This document shows, in pieces, positions 14,681 through 24,786 of a DNA stretch of 59,444 nucleotides. How positions within the stretch are numbered: position 1 is the stretch's first letter; the number at the start of each line of letters is the position of its first letter. Under the pieces are notes generated by a model. It had not been told where the DNA came from. It did no database searches and saw only the letters and a list, made by a program, of their open reading frames with translations. This stretch comes from Mycoplasmoidaceae bacterium. GTDB taxonomy: Bacteria; Bacillota_I; Bacilli_A; Mycoplasmatales; Mycoplasmoidaceae. The DNA lies in the NCBI GenBank assembly GCA_045599065.1, contig JAZRVJ010000041.1, positions 1-59,444 of the forward strand. Reading direction: 5' to 3'. Made by a program: the position numbers and the translations under genes.

Positions 14681-15550
14681 ATGAAAATATATTTAATTAA
14701 ACCCTATGCTTTTTGCCCTGGAGTGCAAAATACAATTAATAAAACATTGCTTATTATTAGAAATAATAAAAATGCTCACATTTATTTAGTTGGCAACATT
14801 ATTCATAATGATTTAGTTTGTAGACAAATCAAGCAATACAAGAATGTAAAAATCTTGGATGATACCAAAATAACAAGATTTGATCTTGTTAAATCCATTA
14901 AAACTAAGAATAATGTTTTGATCTTCTCTGCTCACGGGACAGACCCAAAAGCAATAAAACTTGCTAAGTCTAAGGGCTATAAAGTTTACGATCTTGTTTG
15001 CCCTTATGTAAATAAAATTTTGAAATTAATCCAAGTAAAAGTTAAGCAAGGATATTACATTGCTTACTATGGTTCAAAGAACCACCCAGAAGCTTTAGCA
15101 GCAAAAGCTTATGGTGGAAATAAACTATTTGTTTACAAAACAAAACATGACTTAAAACCTATTTTAAAGAAGAAAAAAGTTTGCGTTGTTTGTCAAACGA
15201 CTATGGATAATTTAGTTTATCAAAATACTAAAGTATTTTTCAAAAGCATTAAGCTATTAGAATTTAATGATCTAATTTGTGTCTCATCAAAAACAAGACA
15301 AGCAAAAGCTTTGCTTTCGAAAAAATTTGATTTAGTTTTTGTTTTAAGTGACAAAAAATCACACAACGGCAAATCATTATTTGAAGTTTTAAAAACAAGA
15401 CAAAAACACGTAGTGTTTGTTGATCCAAACAATTATGTTATCGACAAGAAATTATTAGCTAAGAAAAAAGACTGCGCTATTTTTAGTTCAAGCTCAGTCT
15501 CTGTTTCTCAAGTTAATGATTTTGTACAAGTTTTACAAAGATTAAAATAA
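14681..15550 (+). CDS. ispH: 4-hydroxy-3-methylbut-2-enyl diphosphate reductase (IspH/LytB)
   Basis: Intact 289 aa ORF. The three cluster-ligand Cys contexts are present (AFCPGV, LVCPYV, LICVSSKT), plus SAHG. Confidence 0.8.
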   Translation: MKIYLIKPYAFCPGVQNTINKTLLIIRNNKNAHIYLVGNIIHNDLVCRQIKQYKNVKILDDTKITRFDLVKSIKTKNNVLIFSAHGTDPKAIKLAKSKGYKVYDLVCPYVNKILKLIQVKVKQGYYIAYYGSKNHPEALAAKAYGGNKLFVYKTKHDLKPILKKKKVCVVCQTTMDNLVYQNTKVFFKSIKLLEFNDLICVSSKTRQAKALLSKKFDLVFVLSDKKSHNGKSLFEVLKTRQKHVVFVDPNNYVIDKKLLAKKKDCAIFSSSSVSVSQVNDFVQVLQRLK

Positions 15551-16591
15551 TTTTAATTGTCTATTAATTTCTTTATTAAAACATCTGCCATCTTTTGTGA
15601 TTAGAATGTCACTAAAGTCTTCAGTTTTATCTTCTGCCATTTGCATTAAATACTTAACTGATTTAGTTGAAATTATTTTGCTGCTATCAAAAGGATAAAG
15701 CTCGCTAATGTCAGCTACACAACTATAAGATGATTCACCAACTTTTTCTAGTTTGTCTTCAATAGGTGCAAACTTTTTTTGGAAATGGAATGCATATCCG
15801 TTTTCGCACGCTTCATCAACTAAGATGCTACCTTTAGCCATAGATTTAGCCATATCTTCAGTGATACGTGGTTTAGTTCTATTGAATGGATCAATACAAG
15901 TATTGATAAAACCATCATATGAACGGAATTCTTTAGCTAATGTTTCAAAACTAGCATCTTTGATATCTAGGTGTGTGTTGTGTGCTAAACATATTTTTTT
16001 AATTTCAGGCGTATTCTTTAGCTCACGACAATATTTAGAATCATTATCTAATAAGGTTACGTTCATATTGTGTGCAAGTAAGTAGGCAATAGCTTCATAC
16101 GAAGCTCATGTAGCATTAAGCACTAAAACTCTTGGTTTGTATTTTTTTGTTTTTAAAACTTCAACCACTTTCTTAGCTGCAAATTTTCCTTTAATCTTTT
16201 CAAGATCCTCAAAGAAAACATATTGACCATTATCAGTTAAGCTACCTCAAGCATAAGATTTAATGTTATTAGTTAACATTAGAAAAATCATTTCAACATT
16301 AGCTAGGTAGTTAGCCATTGTAACGGCAATTTTGCCAGACATTAAACCCAATTCTTTTTTATTAAAAACTTGTGGTTTGCAAATAATATCACTTGAAGTG
16401 ATAACCGCTTTGCTATCATTTAAAATTGTTGCTCCAGCAATTACATATTTGCTTTCATCAACGTTAACTGTTGCACCATAATTTTTAGGTAAGTTGACAG
16501 CAATACCTTTAGAAGTTAATTGTTTAACTTCATCAGGCAAAATAAAGACTTTTTTAGAATTTTTATCTAAGATAAATCCAAGTTTTTTCAT
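15542..16591 (-). CDS. alanine dehydrogenase/PNT-family protein (divergent)
   Basis: Pieces 15542..16066 and 16247..16591 share one frame. I translated the 16067..16246 gap and found only TGA codons. The N-terminal AlaDH/PNT-like fold is recognisable, but the dinucleotide-binding glycine motif is degenerate (VLVLNATWASYEA). Confidence 0.55.
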
Positions 16592-16728
16592 ATGTATTTT
16601 TTATGTTTATTTAATTATACTTTGTCTTACAAAGCATCAAACAAAATAATTTTAATTTATTTAGATATAAATATCAAAAATACTTATAATATATTACATT
16701 AAAAATATATTGGGAGTTTTTTACAAAT

Positions 16729-17058
16729 ATGGTAAAAATTAGATTAACAAGATTAGGTAGACATAAAACACCATTCTACCGTATCGTTGCAGTAGACTCT
16801 AGAAAAAGAAGAGATAGTGACTATCTTGCTCTTTTAGGTACTTTTGACCCAGTTAGAAAAGAACTTAAAAACTTCAAAGAAGAAGAAGTTTTAAAATATT
16901 TAAAATTAGGTGCTCAACCTGCTGAAACAGTTAAGAACATTCTTAAGAAAAAAGGCACATGAGCAAAGTTCCTTGCAACTAAAAAAACAAAAGCTAAAAA
17001 GGCAAGAAAAACTAAAAAAGTTGCAAAGCAACCTGCAGCTAAGAAAGAGGCTAAATAA
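16729..17058 (+). CDS. rpsP: 30S ribosomal protein S16 with Lys-rich C-terminal tail
   Basis: Begins MVKIRLTRLGRHKTPFYRIVAVDSR. It continues past the TGA at 16960 to TAA at 17056-17058. Confidence 0.95.
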
Positions 17059-17060
17059 TT

Positions 17061-17420
17061 ATGGCAAAAGTTAAAGCTGGCAAAATTTTAGATAAAATTG
17101 CTCGTGGTCAAATGAGGGATGATCTACCAGAATTTAGACCTGGAGATACTATTTCTGTAAGTTACAAAATTCTTGAAGGTAAGAAAGCAAGAATCCAAAC
17201 TTTCACTGGTGTATGCTTACGTATTAGAGGCAAAATGAATTCTAAATCATTCATTTTAAGAAAAGAAAATGGTGTCGAAAAAACTTTCCCATTACACAAT
17301 CCAACTATTGTAAAAATTGTTGTTAACAAAAAAGGCAAAGTAAGAAGAGCTTACATCTCATACATGAGAAAACGTTCTGGCAAATCAGCTAGAATTAAAC
17401 AACAAGAAATTAAGAAGTAA
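17061..17420 (+). CDS. rplS: 50S ribosomal protein L19
   Basis: Intact 119 aa ORF in the conserved rpsP-rplS-trmD neighbourhood. Confidence 0.93.
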   Translation: MAKVKAGKILDKIARGQMRDDLPEFRPGDTISVSYKILEGKKARIQTFTGVCLRIRGKMNSKSFILRKENGVEKTFPLHNPTIVKIVVNKKGKVRRAYISYMRKRSGKSARIKQQEIKK

Positions 17421-17442
17421 TAACTTCTTTTTTTATTAATTT

Positions 17443-18120
17443 ATGAAAAAAATTACAATTTTAACTTTATTCCCTGATGTCTTTGAAAACTTTAAAAAGT
17501 TTTCCATTATCAAAAGAGCAATCAAAGCTAAAAAATTAAAATTAACGGTTGTTGATTTTAGACAATTTTCTAAAGACAAACATAAAAAAGTTGATGACTA
17601 TCAATTTGGCGGTGGATCAGGTATGATCCTTAAACTTCAACCGATTGTTAAAGCTATCAAAAAATATAAAACAAGCAATAGTCTAGTTATTCTAGCTAGC
17701 CCTCAAGGTAGACTATTTAAACAATCAATGGCTAAAAAATTAGCTGATTGTAAAAAAGATTTAATCATTATTTGCGGACACTATGAAGGGTTTGATGCTA
17801 GACTTATCAACTATGTTGATATGGTAGTATCAGTTGGTGACTACATCCTAACTGGTGGTGAAATACCAGCTATGGCAATAACTGAAGCTGTTACTAGATT
17901 AGTAAAGGGTGTAATATCTGAAGGCTCATTAGAATCAGAAAGCTTCAGTACTAATCTATTAGATTATGATGCTTACACAAGACCATTAAATTTTGAAGGA
18001 CACAAGGTACCGTCTGTTCTAATCTCGGGTAACCATAAAAAGATTGCTGAATTTAGACAAAAGTCTAGACTAGCAAAAACTAAAAAATATCGTCCAGATT
18101 TGCTAAAAAATAAAAATTAA
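17443..18120 (+). CDS. trmD: tRNA (guanine37-N1)-methyltransferase
   Basis: Intact 225 aa ORF with TrmD motifs (ITILTLFPD, CGHYEGFDAR, GDYILTGGE). Confidence 0.95.
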   Translation: MKKITILTLFPDVFENFKKFSIIKRAIKAKKLKLTVVDFRQFSKDKHKKVDDYQFGGGSGMILKLQPIVKAIKKYKTSNSLVILASPQGRLFKQSMAKKLADCKKDLIIICGHYEGFDARLINYVDMVVSVGDYILTGGEIPAMAITEAVTRLVKGVISEGSLESESFSTNLLDYDAYTRPLNFEGHKVPSVLISGNHKKIAEFRQKSRLAKTKKYRPDLLKNKN

Positions 18121-18150
18121 CATATATATCTTTAGATATATATGTTTTTT
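18121..18150 (+). terminator. rho-independent terminator after trmD
   Basis: Hairpin CATATATATC-TTTA-GATATATATG followed by TTTTTT. Confidence 0.7.
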
Positions 18151-18209
18151 AAAAAGTCTGTAACTTTTTAATTTTCTTAAGTCAAGTACTATATAGGAGA
18201 GTTAAAATT

Positions 18210-18956
18210 ATGGACGAAATATTATTATGTCTTTGCCTTAAACATTACGGCGAATGAATGGCTATCTATGATAGCTTGCAAAAAAGAGAAGAATTAAAAG
18301 TTAAGGAAATTCAAGCCGCAGTCAAAGAAGTTGATTGTTCTTTCATTACCTTACTTGACAAAGATTATGTAGATAATCTTAAAAAGATTTATAAACCACC
18401 ATTTGGTTTATTTTGCTATGGTCAATATAATTTATTAAAAAATAAAACTATTACTGTGTATGCAGATATCAATGATGAGAAACAAAAACAATATATTGAA
18501 TACCTGCATAATAACAGAATAAATTTATTGTGAATTAATCTTTCAAACAAGGTAATGTTAGAAACATTAAATCAATATAAGATCGGCAATGTCTTTTACA
18601 TGGAAGAAATGAAAAATGCTGACAACAAAACATTTCAAAATGTTTTAGCAAACGAAGAAATAGTTACTAACAATGCTTTCATTTCAGAAATTTGACAAGT
18701 CAAAAAGGATGTTGACTATACAAGACAACTTCCTGAAAGAATATATTTAGGTTTAACAAGATCTGCTCTTGTTTTACAAAAGCTTAAAGCAAAACAAGCT
18801 CTAGCTTTGGCTAGTTATGCGCAAGAAGAAGACATTGGTATCATTATGCATGAATCATTAATTGATTCAAAAACTAAAAAATTGTTTTCTAAATGTAATT
18901 TACAAGTAGTTAAAACACCCGATGATTTAGGTAAAATCGTATTTGGAAAGAACTAA
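18210..18956 (+). CDS. DprA/Smf-like protein (divergent)
   Basis: Runs from ATG 18210 (GGAGAG upstream) to TAA 18954-18956 with TGA joins. It lies directly upstream of topA, the conserved smf-topA synteny. The C-terminal part resembles DprA (PERIYLGLTRSALVLQ), but the GxxGID..AH region is not recognisable. Confidence 0.45.
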
Positions 18957-18964
18957 AAATAATT

Positions 18965-18996
18965 TTATATATATGTAATATATATAAGATTTTTTC
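18965..18996 (+). terminator. terminator after the dprA-like gene
   Basis: Hairpin TTATATATA-TGTAA-TATATATAA followed by a T-run. Confidence 0.55.
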
Positions 18997-19039
18997 TTAC
19001 TATAACTAGAGATCATAATATATATAATCTATAAGCATT

Positions 19040-21091
19040 ATGGCACAAAACCTTGTAGTAATTGAATCTCCAAATAAGGAAAAAACTATTAAAAAGTATC
19101 TAGGCAATGATTTTGATATCATTGCTACAGTTGGTCATATTAGAGACATTCCTGCTTCAGGAAGTAAGTGCTTTGACCCTAAAACATTCCAACCCAACTG
19201 AAAAATTTCAGTTGATAAGAAATCTAGAAAATCTAAAAAAGAAGTAATTGAAAAGATCAGAAAGTTAGCAGCAAAAGCTAAGAAAGTTTACCTTGCAACC
19301 GACCCCGATCGTGAAGGTGAAGCTATAGCTTGACATGTTTATGAAGTATTAAACAAACCTGAACAAGCTAAATGTACAAGAATCACATTTAATGAAATTA
19401 CTAAAGATGCAATTGAGGAAGCAATCAAGCATGAAAGAAAAATTGAGCTTGAATGGGTGCATTCACAATTTGCTAGAAGAATTCTGGATAGAATTGTTGG
19501 TTATGACCTTTCTAAGTTTGTTAAAAACAAATTTAGAGGTTCGTCAGCTGGTAGAGTTCAATCGGTTGCTTTAAAGTTCATCTATGAACGTGAACAAGAA
19601 ATCTTAAAATTCAAACCAGTTACAACTTTTACATTAGATGTAACTTTAGAAAATGGTGATCCATTAATCCTAAGAGAGATCCCAAAAAATATCAAAGATA
19701 TTTTAACTGGTGATGAAGAAAAAACTGGTATTGACTTCAAAACTGAATCAGCTGCTAACAAAGTTAAAGATGGTTTAGAAACTAACTTCGAAGTATATTA
19801 CCCTAAGGGTAAAAAGGAAGAGACAGTTAGAAGAAGAAACCCAGCTGATCCTTTCAAGACTTCTACATTGCAACAAGTTGCAAGTAATAGATTTGGTTGA
19901 TCAATTTCTAAAATTACTAAAGTAATCCAAGATCTTTATGAAGGTATTAATATAGACGGTGAACACACAGCCCTAATTACATACCCACGTACTGATAGTA
20001 TAAGAATGTCTGACAGCTTTAAAAAGAGCGCTAGAGGCTTCATCAAAGCCGTTTATGGTGACGAATACCTTGGCTTTGGTGGCGAGGCTAAGAACGTGGC
20101 AAAACAAGCTAAAAAAGATAATGTGCAAGACGCTCATGAATGTATTAGAGCAATTAATCCAAGTCTTACTCCAACAAAACTTAAAGGCAAAATTAAAGAT
20201 GAGTACTTCAAAATGTATGAACTTATCTGAAGAAGATCTTTAGCTAGTTTAATGGCTCCTTGCAGATACATTCATAAAACTATTCGTTTTAAGAATGATG
20301 GATGTAAATTCTATACATACTCTAACGTAATAGATTTTGATGGGTACAAGCGTGTATATCACGATGAAGCCATGGAATCAAAAGGTACTAGTCATGACTA
20401 TAAAGCAGGCGATAAACTAAAGGCTAAAATTATAGAAGTAACCAAACACGTTTCTGAACCACCTGCTAGATATAACCAAGCTAGCTTGGTTAAGGCACTG
20501 GATGAAGCTGGTGTAGGTAGACCTTCAACATATAGAATGATGGTTGATGTTAACCCTGAAAGAGGTTATTGCGAAGTTAAACAAAGAGCTTTCTATATGA
20601 CTCAATTAGGTAATACCGTAATTGAAGGATTAATAACTAACTTTAACGATGTTATTGATAAGAACTTTACAAAGCAAATGGAAGAAAGATTGGATGCCAT
20701 TGCTGATAAAAAAGAACCTTGAAACAAATGACTTATATCATTTGTACCTGCCTTTGAAAAGAAGGTAGCTCAAAAGAATGCTTCAGTAGAAGCAAAGGTG
20801 CAATATGTAGAAGGCAGAGTTTGTCCTAAGTGTGGTAAACCACTTGTTTACAGATTTAGTCCAAAGACTAAAAAACAATTCATTGGTTGCTCAAACTATC
20901 CAGCATGTAAATATGCTGAATTCCCAGGAAGAAAAGACTTAGATGTTAAATGTCCACTTTGTGGGCACAACCTAAGACAAATGGTTAACAAAAGAGGACA
21001 AACATTCATTGGATGTTCTAACTACCCTAAATGTAAATTTATTGCAAGAAACTTAGATGAAGTTAATGCAAAAATAGAAGGAAAGAAATAA
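19040..21091 (+). CDS. topA: DNA topoisomerase I
   Basis: Five ORF pieces share one frame via TGA. It has an N-terminal Toprim domain ([19 protein letters not shown]) and C-terminal Zn-ribbon repeats ([32 protein letters not shown]). Confidence 0.95.
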
Positions 21092-21402
21092 TGATAAAAC
21101 AACTTATAAACAAAGATGACTTTGAAAAAGCCATTAGTTCAAACGACAAAGTAATTATTGACTTTTTTGCCACATGATGTGGTCCATGCAAAATGCTTGC
21201 ACCTATGTTAGAACAAACAGCAAATAAAAACCAAGCATGAACTATTTTAGAAGTAGACATTGACAAATTCAAAGATCTGGCAAGTAAATATAACATTCAA
21301 GCTGTCCCAACTTTGATATTCATCAAAAACAAAAAGATTATTGAAAAATCAATGGGTTTTAAACCTGCTGATGAAATCCAAAAAATAATAGATAAAATTT
21401 AG
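21091..21402 (+). CDS. trxA: thioredoxin
   Basis: The ATG overlaps the topA stop (TAATG). The WCGPC active site has its Trp encoded by TGA. The protein is 103 aa. Confidence 0.9.
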
Positions 21403-21438
21403 GTATAATATTTACACTATTTAGAAAGAGATATAAAT

Positions 21439-21600
21439 ATGGCTGTTAAAAGAAGTGTTAGATTAGAATGTAGTGTTTGTCACTCAATTAACTATTTAAC
21501 TTTTAGAAATCCAAAATCTACACCTGATAAACTAGAACTTAAAAAGTTCTGCCCAAAATGTAGAAAAGTAACTTTACACAAAGAAACAAAGAGAAAATAA
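21439..21600 (+). CDS. rpmG: 50S ribosomal protein L33 (Cys-containing paralog)
   Basis: 53 aa; sequence [21 protein letters not shown]...[18 protein letters not shown] read the codons one by one through to TAA. Confidence 0.85.
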   Translation: MAVKRSVRLECSVCHSINYLTFRNPKSTPDKLELKKFCPKCRKVTLHKETKRK

Positions 21601-21622
21601 TTGGCTAACCAATTATTTTTTT
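21599..21622 (+). terminator. terminator after the first rpmG
   Basis: Palindrome AATTGG-CTAA-CCAATT followed by a T-run. Confidence 0.55.
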
Positions 21623-21704
21623 ATTTTTATAAAAAATATATATAATATACAAGTTATATCTTAGAGGGCTTAAGCTCTCTTTTTTATAACAAAGATTAAC
21701 AATT

Positions 21705-21851
21705 ATGCGAAAAAAAGTTATTTTAGTTTGTGAAGAGTGTTTAAGTCGTAATTATCATATTACGAAGAATACGTTATCAACTGAACGTATCGTTTTAAAC
21801 AAATACTGTCCAAAGTGTAAAAAAGTTACAAAACATAAGGAAACAAGATAA
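21705..21851 (+). CDS. rpmG: 50S ribosomal protein L33 (second paralog)
   Basis: 48 aa; sequence [22 protein letters not shown]...[15 protein letters not shown]. Its stop overlaps the secE ATG (TAATG). Confidence 0.85.
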   Translation: MRKKVILVCEECLSRNYHITKNTLSTERIVLNKYCPKCKKVTKHKETR

Positions 21852-22267
21852 TGGCTGAAGAAATTAAAAAAAGTCCAAAGCAACTTGAAGCGGAAGCTAA
21901 AGCAGCAAAAGCTGCTGCTAAGCATGCGCAAAAGATTAATTCTAAAATTGTTAAGCTTGAAAACAAGAAAAAGGCTTTAGAAACAGAACTCAAAACAGTT
22001 TCTAATCCTAGAAAGAAAGCAGATCTTAGATCGCAAATCAATGATCTTGACGCTAAGCTTGAAAAGCTTAAAGATCCATCTAAGAATCGTTCTGCAAAAC
22101 TTGTTTTGCAAACTTGATCAAAAGGATTAGGCAAGGAAGCAAACAGAATTACATGAGAAAAGAAGAACCAAGTCTTAAAAGACTTTGTTACTATTGTAGT
22201 TGTTTGTGCTGTTCTAGCAATCGTATTCTTTGCAATCGATATGATCATCATCACAATTAGAAAGTAA
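21851..22267 (+). CDS. secE: preprotein translocase subunit SecE with long Lys/Ala-rich N-terminal extension
   Basis: Occupies the rpmG-secE-nusG position. It has a single C-terminal TM helix (FVTIVVVCAVLAIVFFAIDMIIITI). The ORF continues past TGA codons to TAA at 22265-22267. Confidence 0.8.
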
Positions 22268-22277
22268 GGAGTAAAGT

Positions 22278-23036
22278 ATGTCTATTATTAATAGAACTCA
22301 ATGATATGTCATTACTGCTATTGGTGGTAAAGAAGAATCTATTGCTGAAGCAATTAGAGAAAAAATGAATAACTTCGGTTATGCTAACTTCGTTAAACCA
22401 TCACAAAACGAAACATCAGCTATCATGCCTAATGGCGCTGAACCAAAGGTTAAAGAAGTAAGGGTTTTTATTAAACCTCAAATTAAAGAACAAATCTTTA
22501 ATAAAAATGACCCAGCCATGCCTAAGAGTTTGAAAAACTCTAAGACAGTTAAATGGGAAGCTTTACCTGATGGTAGATACAAAAAGATTAAAACTAAACG
22601 TGTAAACAGATTCCCAAGTTACATTTTCATTAATGCGAACTTGGAACCAGAAATCTGATATGCGATTAGAAATACCATGGGTATTCTAGGTTTCGTTGGT
22701 TCTACAGGAAAAGGTGCTTTACCTATTCCATGTGCTATGGATGAATATGAAAGACTAATAAACGAACAAGCAGCAGCTGAATATGCAAACAAAATTGCAC
22801 AAGCAGCTGAGGCTAAAGCCGAAGCTGAAAGAAAAGAGGCTAAGAAGCCAATCTTAACTGAAGCTCCTTTCAAAGTCGGCCAACAAGTTGTCGTTATCTC
22901 AGGTTCATTTGAAGGTATCCAATGTAACATTGTAGCTTTAAATTTAGAAAAACAAACTGCCACTGTCGAATATGATATATTCGGAAGAATGCAATCATTC
23001 GATGTTGGCTTTAATGATCTAAAGCTTGCTAAATAA
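22278..23036 (+). CDS. nusG: transcription termination/antitermination factor NusG
   Basis: Three pieces share one frame. It has an NGN start (WYVITAIGGKE), a C-terminal KOW domain (FKVGQQVVVISGSFEGIQ) and an internal insertion. Confidence 0.9.
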
Positions 23037-23063
23037 CTTAATTACAATTAAAGAGGAAAATAC

Positions 23064-24113
23064 ATGACTGAAAAAGTTGAAAAAGAAGTTAAAGCTGAAA
23101 AGCCAGTTACAAAAGCTGACAAACCAGTTAAAACTAAAAAGACTACTGTTAAAAAAACAGTAGCAAAAAAACCAGCAGCTAAGAAAATCACTAAAAAACC
23201 TGGTGAAAGACCTGCTATTAACAAAAAAGAAGAAATTCAAAAAAAGGTAAACGCTTTCTTTGATGCTAACAAAGATAATCCTGATTATAAGAAATTAATT
23301 AGTGCTGAAAAGTTAATGGAAGCTGGAGCTCATATTGGTTTAGCAAACAATATGTGAAACCCAAAAATGGCTCCTTTCATTTACCGTTCAAGAAACACAA
23401 AGAACCACACAATTGATATTCTTAAGATTCTAGTATTCTTAAATAGATCTTACAATTTCTTGAATGCTCTTGCAAAGCAAGATGGTAAGGTTCTATTTGT
23501 TGGCACGCACAATGATTCTGTTAAGAAGTTTGTTGCTGAACAAGCAAACAGAGTTGGTGCATTCTACATTAACCAACGTTGATTAGGTGGAACACTAACT
23601 AACTACAGAACTGTAGCTAACTCTATTAATAAACTTAATAGATTAACTAGTTTGGTAGCTTCTGACACAATTCAAAGATACACAAAGAAGCAACAATTAG
23701 ACATCAATAAACAAATCGCAAAACTTGAAAAGTTTATTGGTGGAATTAAGAATATGAAAGGTTTACCACAAGTTGTAATTGTTACTGATCCTATCGCTGA
23801 ACACAACGCAGTGAAGGAAGCAAGAGATTTGAAAATTCCTGTAATAGCTTTAGCTAATACAAATGCAAATCCAAATTTAATTGACTTCATTATTCCTGCT
23901 AATACACATTCAGTTAAAACAGAATGATTACTTCTTGCAACATTAGCCGATGCTATCGCATCTGCTAAAGGTGAAGCAACCGTTGTTGTTGACAAAGCTG
24001 ATGGCGAGATTGTTTTACCAGAAGTCGTTAAACAACAAAGAAAAATTGTTTTCACAAGAAAACAAGCTGACACTTTTGTTAAAGAAGACAAGAAAACTGA
24101 CTTAGCTAAATAG
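23064..24113 (+). CDS. rpsB: 30S ribosomal protein S2 with Lys-rich N- and C-terminal extensions
   Basis: The S2 core is recognisable (AGAHIGLANNMWNPKMAPFIY, RWLGGTLTN). Pieces 23064, 23367 and 23652 share one frame. The stop is TAG at 24111-24113. The true start could be internal. Confidence 0.9.
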
Positions 24114-24138
24114 TTAGTAGATTAATATCGAAAATAAA

Positions 24139-24168
24139 ATAGCACTAAAAAGTGCTATTTATTTTTTT
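24139..24168. terminator. bidirectional terminator (rpsB / parA-like)
   Basis: Hairpin ATAGCACT-AAAA-AGTGCTAT followed by a T-run. It overlaps the last codons of the minus-strand gene. Confidence 0.6.
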
Positions 24169-24786
24169 GTAAATTTCCAATCACGGATCAACATTTCTAA
24201 TTTCATCTAATGATTTGAAGTATGGTAATGAACTAATATTATCTAATATTAACCCTGATTTAGATAGTTGCTTTCTTAATGAAATGAATGACTTTTCGTT
24301 CTGAATATTTTTATCTTGATTAATAATATATAAATATATTTTTTTATTTTCAATCTTATGCAACATGAAGAAACTAAGCAAATTATTTGGTATGTGATCG
24401 CTTAATTTACTAAAGATAACAATTTCATCAGCCATCTTAAAGTAATCAGTATTCAAAAAATATTGACTAAAGCTTGTATTGATAATCAAAATTTCGTTTT
24501 TGTTAGCCAATGATCTAGCCAAATTTAATGCTTTTTCGCTGTTGTAGGCTTCGCCATCAATAAAGTTGTATGAAGTTATGTTAAAGACGTTTGCTGTCAA
24601 AATTTGCGCCTTTTCCTTAAACTTTAAATCTTTTATATATTTATTACTGGATAGGCTATTATGGTCCAAAATTGCAACAGAATCATACTTCTTTTCTAAT
24701 ATATTAGAAAACAAAAGTGTTTCTACATTTTGTTGGTTAAAATTATCAAAGTCACAAATAGCAATAATCTTATTTGCCATAATCAA
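24145..24786 (-). CDS. ParA/Soj-like protein with degenerate Walker A
   Basis: Lies downstream of mnmG-rsmG, the usual soj position. It shows ParA-like spacing (KIIAICDFDNFNQQN where KIIAIANQKGGVGKT is expected; EILIINTSFSQ..ADEIVIFS resembles the Walker B/switch region). I extended the ORF past the TGA at 24181 to TAG at 24145-24147. Confidence 0.5.

Noticed and set aside
24139-24158. ATAGCACT-AAAA-AGTGCTAT and the similar 27555..27574 ATAGCACTTT/AAAGTGCTAT as extra CIRCE-like operators
   Set aside because: The arms resemble CIRCE half-sites, but the spacing is 0-4 nt rather than 9 nt. Both sit at gene 3' ends followed by T-runs, so they are better explained as terminators.
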